A stretch of DNA of 64,000 nt, taken from NCBI GenBank assembly GCA_050084515.1, contig CM114271.1:9300001-9364000 (forward strand), in the 5' to 3' direction. A program made the translations under genes and the position numbers. Under the pieces are notes generated by a model. The model searched no databases. It was not told the origin of the DNA and saw nothing but the letters and a program-made list of their open reading frames with translations. The DNA is from Blasia pusilla (Eukaryota). Shown in pieces: positions 25,246 through 37,470 of this stretch (position 1 is the first letter of the stretch; each line of letters starts with the position of its first letter).

Positions 25246-26253
25246 CTACCGAACGGCAGAGAAAGTCACTACCAGGTATACACCATTCTATTTGACATAT
25301 TGAATTCAACCCCTTGTTCCAATCGAATGGGATGCGCCCACCTACCAAATTTTGGAAGAGGAGAGAAATGACGAAGAGTTGATTGTCACTGAAAAGAGGA
25401 ACGAGGACTTGGTAACTATGGAGCAGGCAAGACATCTTGCTCTTGGCCATATGAAGACTCTCCAAACCCAGAGAAAGAAGTGCTATGACAAGAACTTGAG
25501 ACCACAATCAATTAAAGAAGGAGATTTGGTGCTGCTCTATGATAATCATAATCTGAAATTCCTAGGGAAGCTAAAATTAAGTTGGATGGGACCTTATCGA
25601 GTCCTATAGATTTATGAAAATGGTTATTTACAACTAGAAACATTAAGAGGAGAAGCATTTCCAGAAAGAGTGAATGGCATGCATGTGCGAAGATATCATA
25701 CATCCGACTGAAGACTGAGGGAGGGGGTAAGGAAGAGGTGCGGTAAGAAGAGAGGAAGAGAGGAAGAGAGGAGAGATGAGAGAGGAGAGAAGAAGAGAGG
25801 AGATAGGATAGAGGAAACTACCTTCAACCCAAAGAGATATTTGTTTTTTGAAGAGAGTTTCCTATGATTTGAAGAGAGTTTCCGTTGGGTTGAAGAGAGG
25901 AAACTTTTTGTGTGATTTTTTTTGCACTTTCCTTCTCAATTCTTAAGCACTCCCACAGATTTTTTTTCTCTTCCAAATTTTAGCAACCCATGTGAGTCTG
26001 ACGAGTTGCAATTTGCACAAAAATTAGAAAACTGAAAAATCAGTGGAATCATAAGTGTGGAACCAATCACTTTTTCCATCCAAGGTCTGGAAAAAATCTA
26101 TCATTTGCCCCGGGCTGAGTAGAGTTCAAGCTCAAAACGAAGGTTCTGGAAAAATGAAAGTACACTCTAAAACCTCATTTTGCATCCTCAAAGTGGTTTG
26201 TTTAGAATACTTTGCACTTCTTTGAGGGAGAGAATTGGTTCATGGATTCCTAC
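25246..26253 (+). mobile_element. Gypsy family 2: integrase C-terminus, PPT and probable start of the 3' LTR
   Basis: Continues the 7090-7793 frame (AY|RTAEKVTTRYTPFYLTY). GPY/F module KLKLSWMGPYRV; purine tract GAGGGAGGGGG ~25717-25727; cut at 26254 by the DNA-element terminus. Confidence 0.8.
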
Positions 26254-28340
26254 GGGGGCTGGTATTCTGGCAAGAGAGAGTAAGAGAGGAGAGGAAGAGA
26301 GGAAGAGAGGAAGAGAGGAGAGTCTCTCTTAAAAAAAAAGGGCCAAATCCGCCTCCTCTCTTCAAAACTTTTTGACAAATTTGAAATTTTCGTTTGCTTT
26401 CAAATTCAGGAAATCTTTACAAGAGAGTAGGTTGTGGTCCACATTTGGCCCTAAAAAAACCTCCTTTTTCCTGGGGGCGAAAGAAAAGTAGACATCATAA
26501 GACCACTACAATTTTTTTTCCATCACTCTCCATGTGAGCCTAAGTTTCTTAACATTACCTGTCTCGGTCTACAAAAAGCAGTGCCCATGGGTATTTTTGT
26601 TGGAGGACCACCCGGATGCCAACCTCTGTTTTTGCAGGGATTGTTGCCTGCATCATGGCCTCCCCTGAATTGCCCCATAACCAACTTTCTGTTGGTTATG
26701 AGTGGTTCTTTGAACTCACTCGTCATCGTCCGAGAGCTCTTGCAAAATTGCTTTCGGCCTTACCCTCCCAATTTTCGGAATCGTTGGAAGTGACAATGGA
26801 GTCACTACCAATGGTGGGTCTGGAACCAGAGCTCTCGGCTTCGGTGGAGAGTTGTACGCCCCAACGAGCCTTTCGTTTTCTGCCTTTGCCTCCTTGCAAA
26901 GGTCAAACAGTTCTTGCCTTCCCTCGAGGCAGAGAATGTTCCTGCCACTCTGCCAGGCGCCTTTGATACTTGCCCTTGAAAGTCCCACTAAGTCGAACAC
27001 CAAGTCACCCGGCCTTGAGCAGAGCTCGATGAGCGTTTGCATGGGGGCTGGCAATTTTTCCCTTCCTCCCGAAGGAAGTCTTGTCTTGCATGTAAATTCC
27101 CGAGGGGGAATTGTACAAACTATCTAAGTTGTACCCATCTGAGCATGGATCCACAGGATCCTGGATCTTGAACACATGGAAATTGTGCTCGGGCCGAACG
27201 AAGCAGTACACGTAGGAGTGGTCCATCTGTAAAGAAGCACGTTGGAAAGAATGTCAGCATAATGTGCAACACATCACCAAAGAAGTCAACTTGACCCTAG
27301 AGAACTTTTTCAATTACTAACTTTGGATCAACCCGTCGGGCTCTCCGTTGTTTTTGTCCATGAGGTTGCTGGCCTAGAGCAGCCCATGCTCCACTGAGAG
27401 CAACCCGTCGCTATCCGACGGGTTGCAACTTTCCGGAAACAGAGGGAAAAACCAAAAGCAACTCCAACCCGTCGGGTTCCGATGGGTTGCAGGTACACCA
27501 CGGTTTTCCCTGTGTTTCTGGGAAAGATGCAACCCGTCGGATAGCGACGGGTTGCTCTGAGCAGAGCATGGGCTGCTCTTAGCCAGCAACATGTCGCCTT
27601 CCAACGGGTTGCTCATGGAAAAAAACAACGGAGATATACTATCTGAAATTAACACTCATTGAGCCTTACCCGAATTTGAAAATATATTTGATATTATACT
27701 ATAGGAATTGAGCCTTACCCGAATCTGACTCGTCGCGGATCGGAGTGGGTACTCGTTTATTATGATCCACGATTGCGCCGTTCTCCACTTTAGCGACCTC
27801 TTGACGCACTGGAGGTTGAAGAGCTCGTCCTCGCTCCCTCCAATCAACACCAAGAAGCAGCCCCTGTCACTCATATAGCCGTCTACAAAGGAGAACAATA
27901 GCGCGATTTGGTCATAAGAGAGCGGCACATTCCACTCAGGTACCCCATCCGACGGATTCTCGCCCCACAGTCGCAAACCCGAGGGCAGATCAGCGATCAA
28001 GAGATCCACCGCAACCTCTTCAACCACTCCATTCACCGTCCTGGCAGCGTGCCCGTTTCGTTGGAGCTTCCGTCGCAGGGTTGTCAATTTATCAATGGCT
28101 GGTGTCGACGCTTGAGAACTGAAGCTTTTCAGCTCATCCAATAAAGGAGTGAACTGAAGGAGGACGCTTGTCTGGGTCGTTGTTTGTCTGTGTCTTCCCA
28201 AGGATGATGGACTGTATTCTCCTTGTGACAACCATGGCACCTCTCGCTTCCGCTTCTCCCGAGTCTGCGGACGGCTTGTCGGGGTCTCTATGACCTCAGA
28301 CTCTAGTGGGGTTTTCTTCGCCGAGGACCTGGTCCGACCC
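26254..28340 (-). mobile_element. ParB-MTase element copy B (MTase exons, intron, terminus; internally deleted)
   Basis: Terminus GGGGGCTGGTATTCTGG at 26254; ORFs 27656..28372 (DLLIADLPSG), 27005..27226 and 26716..27054 (CSRPGDLVFDLVGLS). Confidence 0.8.
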
Positions 28341-28399
28341 TCAATGGTGGGTGATATTCCCCTCTGATACAATCCTGCACATCCAAACTCAACCCGTCA

Positions 28400-28908
28400 G
28401 AAACTGTTTTTGGCCGAAATCAACTCGTCGGAGTCCGACGGGTTGCATTCGGAAGTTGGTTTAGCAAATTTCGCGTCAAATTGCAAGTTTCCATTCAATT
28501 GCGCAACCTGTCGGACTCCGACGGGTTGCTATGTTTACGTTAGTATGTTCAATTGCACAACCCGTCGGAGTCTGACGGGTTGAAACCAGGCATTAGCAAA
28601 TCTGAATGCAATCCGTCGGACTCCGACGGATCGTCACAGCTCAAGGTCGGATTCTAGCAACAAGCTAAATGAGGCAACCCGTAAGAGTCCGACGGATTGC
28701 ATTCAGATTTGCTAATGCCTGGTTTGAACCCGTCGGAGTCCGACGGGTTGTGCAATTGAACATACTAATGTGAACATAGCAACCCGTCGGACTCCGACGG
28801 GTTGCGTAATTGAATGGAAACTTGCAATTTGACGCGAAATTTGCTAAACCAACTTCCGAATGCAACCCGGCGGACTCCGACGAGTTGATTTCGGCCAAAA
28901 ACAGTTTC
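28400..28908. repeat. ~230-bp foldback inverted repeat built from intron sequence of the element
   Basis: AAACTGTTTTTGGCCGAAATCAACTCG...TCTGAATGCAATCCGTCGGA (28400-28620) is mirrored by TCCGACGGATTGCATTCAGA...GATTTCGGCCAAAAACAGTTT (28688-28907). Confidence 0.9.
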
Positions 28909-28924
28909 GAGTCAAGCAACCCGT

Positions 28925-30640
28925 TGTTGGCTTCAAAGGTCCGCACAGCCAAAGACAAATCCACAGCGGGTCTCAAAGGCAAGGAGGGGAGGGAAGAATT
29001 TCAAGGCCGAGTCTTCCCAAAGATAGGCTGAAGATTCAAGGCCAGAGGCGGAATCGTCCGGGCGAGCGGGGAGAGAGGGTCGGACCAGGTCCTCGGAAAA
29101 AAAAAACCACACCAGAGTCCGAGTTCATAGAGACCCTGACAAGCCGTCCGCAGACTCGGGAGAAGCGGAAGCGAGAGGTGCCAGTGTTGTCCCAAGGACA
29201 ATATAGTCCATCATCCTTGGGAAGACATAGAGAAACAACGACCCGGACAAGCGTCCTCCTTTAGTTCACGAATTTACTGGATGAGCTGAAAAGCTTCAGT
29301 TCTCAAGCGTCGATACCCGCCATTGATAAATTGACAACACTAGGACGGAAGCTCCAACGAAACAGGCACGCTCCTTGGACGGTGAATGGAGTGGTCGAAG
29401 AGGTTGCGGTGGATCTCTTGATCGCTGATATGCCCTCGGGGTTGCGACTGTGGGACAAGAATCCATCAGATGGGGTTCCTGACTGGAATGTTCCCCTCTC
29501 TTATGACCAAATCGCGCTATTGTTCTCCTTTGCAGACGCCTATCTGAGTGACAGGGGCTGCTTCTTAGTGTTGACTGGAGGGAGCAAGGACGAGCTTTTC
29601 AACCTCCACTGCGTCAAGAGGTCGCTAAAGTGGAGGACGGTGCAATCGTGGATCATAAAAAATGAGTACCCACTCCTATCCGCGATGAATCTGATTCGGG
29701 TAAGGCTCAATTCCTGTAGTATAATCTCAAATATATATTCAAATTCGGGTAAGGCTCAATGCGTGTGAATTTCAGATAGCATATCTCCGTTGTTTTTGTC
29801 CGTGAGCAACCCGTCGGAAGGCGACGGGTTGCTGGCTTAGAGCAGCCCATGCTTGGCTAAGAGCAACCCGTTGGTTTCCGACGGGTTGCATCTTTCCCAG
29901 AAACACAGGGAAAACCGTGGTGTACCTGCAACCCGTCGGAACCCGACGGGTTGCGCCTTTGGTTTTTCCTCTGTATTTTGAGCCGCAACCCGTCGGAAAG
30001 CGACGGGTTGCTCTCACCAAGCATGGGTCGCTTAACCAGCAAGAACCCGCCGCCTTCCGACGGGTTGGTCATGGACAAAACAACCCGTCGAACTCCGACA
30101 GGTTGCTCCAAAGTTAGTAATTGAAAAAAGTTCTCTAGGGTCAAGCCGAGTTCTTTGGTGACGTGTTGCACATTATGCCAAGTTTCGACATTCTTTCCAA
30201 CGTGTTTTCTTACAGATGGACCACTCCTACGCCATCGCTTCGTTCGGCCCGAGCACAATTTCCAGGTGTTCAAGATCCAGGATCTTGTGGATCCATGCTC
30301 AGATGGGTACATCTTAGATAGTTTGTACAATTCCCCCTCGAGAATTTACATGCAAGACGATACTCCACTTCAAGAAGGAAGGGAAAAGTCGCCATCCTCG
30401 ATGCAAACGCTCACCGAGCTCTGCTCAAGGCCGGGTGACTTGGTGTTCGACTTAGTGGGACTTTCAGGGGCGAGTATCAAAGGTGTCTGGCAGAGTGGCA
30501 GGAACATTCTCTGCCTCGAGGGAAGGCAGGAATTGTTTGACCTTTGCAAGGAGGCAAAGGCAGAATACGAAAAGCTCGTTGGGGGGTTCATCTCTCCACT
30601 GAAGCCGAGAGCTCCTGTTCCAGACCCACCATTGGTAGTG
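28925..30640 (+). pseudogene. ParB-MTase element copy C (MTase exons only)
   Basis: DLLIADMPSG exon ends at 29699 (GTAAGG). After a palindrome intron and TACAG acceptor, the exon from 30216 has EKSPSSMQTLTELCSRPGDLVFDLVGLSGAS. Confidence 0.8.
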
Positions 30641-30649
30641 AAACCAAAA

Positions 30650-32219
30650 AAAATTTCGAGTCAAGCAACCCGTCGGACTCCGACGGGTTGCTTTGGGCAA
30701 AAAACATACTAAACCTGCGGTCAGTTGAACAACTCGTCGGAGTCCAACGAGTTTCTTTCTTCAAAAAACATCTTGAAAAGGCGGCGAGTCGAGCAACCCG
30801 TCGGACTCCGACGGGTTGCTTTGGGCCAAAAACTTATTAAATTTGTTGTCAGTCGAACAACTCGTCAGAGTCCGACGAGTTGCATTCTTCAAAAAACATC
30901 CTGAAAAAGCGTCGAGTCGAGCAACTTGTCGGAGTCCGACGAGTTGCGTTTGGCCAAAAGCATCCCAACAACAGTGCCGACCCAAACAACTTGTCGGAGT
31001 CCGACGGTTTGCAGCAAGAAGATACTCACGTGTTCATGGCATGCATTGCCATCTCCACCGTCGGGAGATGAGGGAATAGATGAAGGACCACTTCCTTCAC
31101 GCAAAAATGTGCCTCCAAGGAGTTGGGCCGCTCCTCTGCAAACTTGGTCCATGCCATGAACCTGTGATTTCCATCCCAGATGAAGAAATACAGATTCCTC
31201 ATCCAGCTGAATTCTGTGCCCTCTACTTGCCTTTTGAAATCCTGGTCTCTCATCCTCCAGAATGTGTCGAGCTTTTCCAAGTCCTCCTCCGTAACCAGGG
31301 CTTGGGTTCCATGCTCGTTGTAAGGCTGAACATAGAAGGGAGGAAAGCTATCGACATAGGATGTTGTCGCCGCTGATTGTTTAAGCTTCGCGATGTCCTC
31401 GTCGGACTGAATTTCGCGGACGTATTCCATTGTCCGCAATCGTCAGAGTGGAATCCTCTGGGCGTTGTGGCCCTCCATGAGTGCCATCTGCTTTACCACC
31501 TGTCAAGACCGGGACAAGATCAATAAGCTACACTGAATTCCCAATGAATTGCAATTCACATAATTCAAAAAACCCAGATCCTCTCTTACTCGCTCAAAAA
31601 TTGGGTCGGTTTCTTGACCAGTCAACTTGTCTGAGACAGAAGCGGGCAAGTCCACTGGGAACTCGTCGATCCGATAGAGGTTGATGTCTTCCGCCGGGCT
31701 TGGAGACGAGAATGACCGCTCTCCGGCTTCTTCGGTAATGTCCACCATCTCCACGTTGGCGGTCCTCATGACCTCATCGTCCGTGATTTGAACTTTTGGC
31801 GTTTCCGCTATGTTGATTGTGTCCCCGGACTTCATCGGGGACATTTCCCGCATCTCAACACTTTCGGTTGGATGGGCAAGGCTATTGTCAATGGCTATTG
31901 CTTTTTCCCTCCTCGCTTTAGCCAATTCTGCTCTCCTCACCGACGCGTCCAGACGCTTCTTTTCTCTCTTCTTGTCGGCGATCCTTTTCTTCAAGGCCTG
32001 TGACGTCTCAGCCTCTGCGTTCTGTCTATCGAGCGCCACTTGAACATGTCTTGCAAGAAGCTCCTTGTTGTGCATCTCCGCTTCCCTTTCCCGCTCCTTG
32101 ATTTCCTGGTGCCTAATTTCATTTGCCGAACGAGGCGCTGGAGATGCTGACGCAGGAGTCCTAATGGACTTTGGAGTGAAGTTCCCAGACTTGTTTGCTT
32201 GTGATTTTTTCCTCGTCAT
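30650..32219 (-). pseudogene. ParB-MTase gene copy D: 5' exons (charged coiled-coil N-terminus and ParB-like exon)
   Basis: Likely ATG at 32219 (MTRKKSQANKSG). A 90-bp intron 31589-31500 (GTAAGA...TTGACAG) removes the apparent stop. Exon 31499-31030 has WDGNHRFMAW, then donor GTGAGT and a palindrome intron. Confidence 0.75.
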
Positions 32220-32589
32220 TTTTTTCCGGAAATGCCTCCACCTATGTCCATGATGAATCGCTTGATCAGTCGCCTTGCTGATGTCGAGATGAGTCACCTT
32301 GATGGGTAGCTCGAACCGTCTCGCAATCATTTAGTCGAACCGTCTCGCTCTCGTTCGGTCGAATCGTCTCGCTCTCGTTCCCTCGTATCGACTTGCGATG
32401 ACTCGCCGTGTGAAACGCCCCTTGGTATCTGATCAGCTGTGGCGCGGGAGAGAGAGGAATGGAGATCGCAAAATGAGAAACCGGAAATGAGCAATTTCTG
32501 CCCTATTTATACTTTTCTAGCCGTAGGGCTGACCGTGGGGTCCCGTCGTCCTTTCGACGGCGACGTGCCAGAGGTTACGGAAGTCCGGA

Positions 32590-33215
32590 CGTGAACAAAT
32601 GGCAACCCGTTGGAGTCCGACAGGTTGCGCGCCTCCGCCGTCCTGGGTACGTCAACACGTGCGCGAGCAATCCGTCGGAGACCGACAGGTTGAGCGCCTC
32701 CGCCGTCTTTGGACAAGAACGCGAGGTACCCGTGCAACCCGTCGGAGACCGACATGTTGCGCGCCTCCGCCGTCTTTGGACAAGAACGGGACGTACCCGC
32801 GCAATCCGTCGGAGACCGTTGGGTTGCACGCTTCCCTCGTCAAGGGTTAACAACGCAGGCTTCCCGCGCAACTCGTCGGAGTCCGACAGGTTGTACGCTT
32901 CCTTCATGTAAGCACCACAAGGCGAGGCCCTTGCGCAACCAGTCGAAGGGCGACGGGTTGCACGCCTTGCCATCTTTGGGCAAATAGGTGCGGCACCCGC
33001 GGAACTCATCGGGAACAGACAGTTTACATGCCTCCGGCATCTTTGGGCAAGAAGGAGCGGTATCCGAGGAACTCGTTGGAGAGCGACGGGTTGCCAGCTT
33101 CGACCATGTTTGCGTTTGAAGGTAAGGTAGAAGCGTGCAACCCGTGCGAAGCCGACGGGTTGCAGGCTTCGCTTAGCTTGGGTTAATTGTTGAGTTTCAA
33201 GGACTCCGACAGGTT
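32590..33215. repeat. Palindrome array in the intergenic region between the divergent ParB-MTase and GCM-like genes
   Basis: About ten imperfect CAACCCGTCG-N5-CGACGGGTTG units embedded in ~58-bp repeats (GCGCCTCCGCCGTCTTTGG). Confidence 0.8.
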
Positions 33216-33466
33216 CCAACAAAATGAAGTGTGCTTCGCAACCCACGTCTCTGCTTCCCAAATCCGGTAACACATTGCAACAGAATTGAATCTGTTGCAA
33301 CAAAATTGGATCCATTGTGTCAGACAATGTCACCTACCGAATTCATCTTGTCAGTAAAAATCTGTCAGGAGTATCTGATTTCCTATTCACTATAAATTAA
33401 AAATTCTCATTCTCATTCTCATTCTTTTTCTCATTCTCACCCTCCTCCCGTACAAAATTTCTGGGA

Positions 33467-34010
33467 ATGGATAATTATGTGAAGCTCACTTGTGGCAGTC
33501 ATCTGGTGGCCCTTCCTCAATCAAAAATCATTCGACCGCAAGCTCGTGAGTCTTTCATAGCAGTGGATGAAAAATTTCTCTCTGTTCGGTTTCTTCTCCA
33601 AATTGGAACCATCTTTGTATCCAAAGATGTTAGGGTGGACGGTACGGAAGACATAATAGGTGAGACGGTCCAGCCAATGACTGCAGACCGTAAAGTATGG
33701 AATCTCCTACCTCTAGCAAATGGTCAATACAGAGTTTACGGCCTACTCCCGAATTTGTCTGTTTCCCAAGTAGACGATGGAGAATTTCCTAGTTCTCCGA
33801 GCTCTATGTTTGCAACTCCTAGCCCAATACATCCGGCTTTGACTCCAACTTCACACGCTCGTATCAATGTTGTTCTTCGTGAAGAGATTCCGGATGTTAT
33901 CAACCTCAGTGGATCTGTCGGACACCAACCGGGCCCTCTGTCCGCCTACTCGTTCCTCTTGCGAGTATCAGGCAATAGTTTGCTTTCGTCTCTGGCCTTG
34001 AAAATGTTCA
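33467..34010 (+). pseudogene. 5' part of the GCM-like/transposase-like gene, divergent from the ParB-MTase gene
   Basis: MDNYVKLTCGSHLVALPQS...SAYSFLLRVSGNSLLSSL aligns by eye with the 57262-58657 product. Truncated at ~34010 by a junction into MTase exon sequence. Confidence 0.6.
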
Positions 34011-36573
34011 ATCGTGGATCATAAAAAACGAGTACCCACTCCGATCCGTGACGAGTCAGATTCAGGTAAGGCTCAATTCCTGTCTTCAGATAGTATATCT
34101 CCGTTGTTTTTGTCTTTGAGCAACCCGTCGGAAGGCGACGGGTTGCTGGCTTAGAGCATCCCATGCTTGGATGAGAGCAACCCGTCGCTTTCCGACGGGT
34201 TGCATCTTTCCCTGAAACATAGGTAAAACGCCGGTGTACCTGCAACCCGTCGGAACCCGACGGGTTGGAGTTGCTTATGGTTTTTCCCTGTGTTTCTGGA
34301 AAGCTGCAACCCATCGGAAAGCGACGGGTTGCTCTCAGCCAAGCATGGGCTGCTCTAGGCCAGCAACCCGTCGACTTCCGACGGGTTGGTCATGGACAAA
34401 ACAACCCGTCAGACTCCGACATGTTGCTCCAATGTTAGTATTTGAAAAAAGTTCTCTAGGGTCAAGCGGAGTTCTTTGGTGACGTGTTGCACATTATGCC
34501 AAGTTTTTGACATTCTTTCCAACGTGCTTCTTTACAGATGGACCACTCCTACGTTTATTGCTTCGTTCGGCCCGAGCACAACTTCCAGGTGTTGAAGATC
34601 CAAGATCCTATGGATCCATGCTCAGATAAGTACAGCTTAGATAGTTTGTACAATTCCCCCCGGGAATTTACATGCAAGACGGTAGCCCACTTCTGGGAGG
34701 AAGGGAAAAGTCGCTAGCCTTGATGAAAACGCTCATCGAGCTCTGCTCAAGGCCGGCTGACTTGGTGTTCGACTTAGTGGGACTTTCAGGGGCAAGTATC
34801 AAAGGCGCCTCGCAGAGTGGCAAGAACATTCTCTGCTTCGAGGGAGGGCAGGAACTGTTTGACCTTTGCAAGGAGGCAAAGACATAGTACGAAAGGCTCG
34901 TTGGGACGTACAACTCTCCACCGAAGCCGAGAGTTCGGTTGCAGACCCACCATTGGTAGTGACACCATCGTCACTTCCAACGATTCCGAAAATCGAGAGG
35001 GCAAAGCCGAAAGTAATATTGCAAGAGCTCTCGCACGATGACGAGTGAGTTCAAAGAACTCAAGGACCCAGCTTGACTGCAGCGTTTGGAGTAGGGAGCT
35101 ATTTGATGATGAGGCAAAAGATTTCATAAAATAGATCAAATGTACAATTCCGAGCTTTTTTCGGATGTAATAAAGGAGAAGATTTTTTCGAACGATGGTG
35201 GTGCTTGTAAAAGTTTGCTGAAATTTTTTTATGTCTTTTCGAATGTGATCGTCTATGAACTCTGCGGACTTCTATTTTGCAACCCGTCGAATTTCTCCTG
35301 CTTGCAACTTTTCACTTTTTGACCACTGCACCTTTTTACCACTTCCAGGCAGCCTGTCGGATTCCGACAGGTTGCCTGATCGGACTCTTTCCCTGTTGGT
35401 CAAACTTAAGAGCCAGTCTGGCGGGCTTCTTCACTTTGGCACCTTCCCCTCAACTCGTAAAAGCAGGCGTAGGCTTCTTTTCTTCTCTCAGACGTGTTGG
35501 ATTCCTACTACCTGTGGGATTGCCATCATGGTATTACCAAGGACGAAGCACATATTGATACTGGATGGGTGTCACATTGTAGAGCGTACAAGATATACTG
35601 TCAAGGAAGGCGTTGGGACTCAAATCAGGTTACATACGACCGTTATGGTGTACCTAGGGGGGGCCAAGGCTCTCGAATTCGCCAAAATTTTTGATCCCCG
35701 TCTACAATCGGCCAGAGGAGCCACTTTGTATCCCAGGTCATTCCTTTTGTCCTGGAACCTAGGAGAGTTAGGAGTAAATTTGTAGATGACGAGGCTGAAG
35801 AAATCATAGACTAGGTCAAATGTACATTTCCGAGGTTCCTTCGGAGGTAATAAAGGATGAGATTTTCTCAACCGATAATGGTGTTTGTAAAAGTTTGTTG
35901 GAAAAATTTTTGGACTTGTGGATTGTGTTCTTTTAGCTACTCGGAATTACAATTTTGCAACCCGTATGATTCCGACGGGTTGCAACTTCAAGCTTTTTGC
36001 CCACTGCAACTTTTTAACCATTTCCAGGCAAGCTGTCGGATTCCGACAGGTTGGTTGCTTGAGTGATCGGACTCTTTCCCTGTGAGACCAACTTCTGACG
36101 CATTGTGGCGGGCTTCTTCTTAACATTTGGCTCGTTCCCCTACATTTGTCAAACCAGTTGTAGGCTTCTTTTCTTGTCTAAGATGTGCAGGATTCCTACT
36201 ACCTGTCGGATTGCCATTTCGGATTCCCAACCTGTTGGATTTTTGTGGGTGCAGGGTGGAAGGAAATCACTTCTAAAAATCTTTCCTTTCTTATGGTGAG
36301 CTTTCTTACGGGTTGGGAGGGGTGCAGTTTCTCGGTTTCTCAGCTTTAGGATCTGAATGAAGGGACATCAGTTCCTCTTTACTCCGGACAGCTAACAATC
36401 TTTTGGTTCAATTATTGTCTCATGTGTTCACATTTCACAAAGTTGGTCTTGAGCAGACACCACTCATAATCAACAGAAATTTGGTTATGGGGCAATTCAG
36501 GGGAGGCCATGATGCAGGCAAAAATCCTTGCAAAAAGAGAGGTTGGCATCGTACCGATGCGCATCCGAGTGGT
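34010..36573 (+). mobile_element. ParB-MTase element copy E (last intron, last exon from 34538, 3' region); terminus resumes at 46326-46654
   Basis: Colinear with ~3110-5580 and 6275-6470. Interrupted by the Gypsy at TGGT, continues TGGTCCTCCAACAAAAATACC at 46326 and ends GAATACCAGCCCCC at 46654. Confidence 0.85.
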
Positions 36574-37156
36574 TGTCGTGCGAATCCACATCGTCATACA
36601 ACATACATCGCTGACATACCATACGCACATACATACATAACATAGACGAGAGTATCCACAAACGCAAGTGTACCACAACTGAAATCCGTGAAAGACCTAC
36701 TGTCATAAAACACGTTTACAATCACATACAATCGAGCCAAACCCACTCCACGATGGGAGAATCTAGGTCAAAGCTTGCGGGAAACACCATAGCCAAGAGC
36801 TCTACTCACTACCAAGGCTAACTCCCAACGCAACAGACTCAACTCAAAGAACTGACTGTTCTTTGAGGGCAAGCCACCTTATATCCTCCAACCTAAGAGC
36901 GGGCCCTACTAGGAAAGTCACCCCCAACTGAGTAACCCCCAACCCTATGTATGGAACCACATCTCTACCAAGCCACTATGGTCCTACATAAGGAATGGCC
37001 TCTACCAGCACACCATACTCTACAAAATAATCCGTATGGTCATGACAGCTGTCGTGCGAATCCACATCGTCATACAACATACATCGCTGACATACCATAC
37101 GCACATACATACATAACATAGACGAGAGTATCCACAAACGCAAGTGTACCACAACT
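36574..37156 (-). repeat. 3' repeat block Y-X-Y: Y 37050-37156, GC spacer, X 36681-37047, Y 36574-36680
   Basis: The two 107-bp Y copies read identically; the 367-bp X matches 45959-46325 with only a few substitutions. Confidence 0.92.
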
Positions 37157-37324
37157 CGCCCCCTAATCGGCGGTTAGGTCCTCTAACTCCAGGTAGCCCT
37201 ATACATCTACTACATGCTATACACCTTCTTGGGTGCTCGAATCAAGGCCGGGTGCTAGGTTGCCCCATCGTTAGTCGCACATCTGTAATCCATATCATGC
37301 AAAGATCAAGTCATCTACCTCTCC

Positions 37325-37470
37325 TAAGTACATCGAGGACAAACCCACCTTCCAAAGAGGGAACAACATCCAAACGTGAGTCAAACACATCATGTGCCAA
37401 CCCCTAGAACACCGATCACACACCAACATACGGGTTGCGTTACGTGAGACCCACACAACATGCACCTCAA
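37325..37470 (-). pseudogene. PHD finger at the integrase C-terminus
   Basis: Reading across small indels gives CMLCGS..RNATRMLVCDRCSRGWHMMCLT.LDVVP..GRWVCPRCT*, a C4HC3 pattern. Confidence 0.82.

Noticed and set aside
32507-33333. ORFs rich in ATRR/QPVG/NPSDSDGL peptides (also at 1.3-1.6, 3.2-3.5, 14.3-14.9 and 56-57 kb)
   Set aside because: These are translations of the DNA palindrome in all six frames, not proteins.
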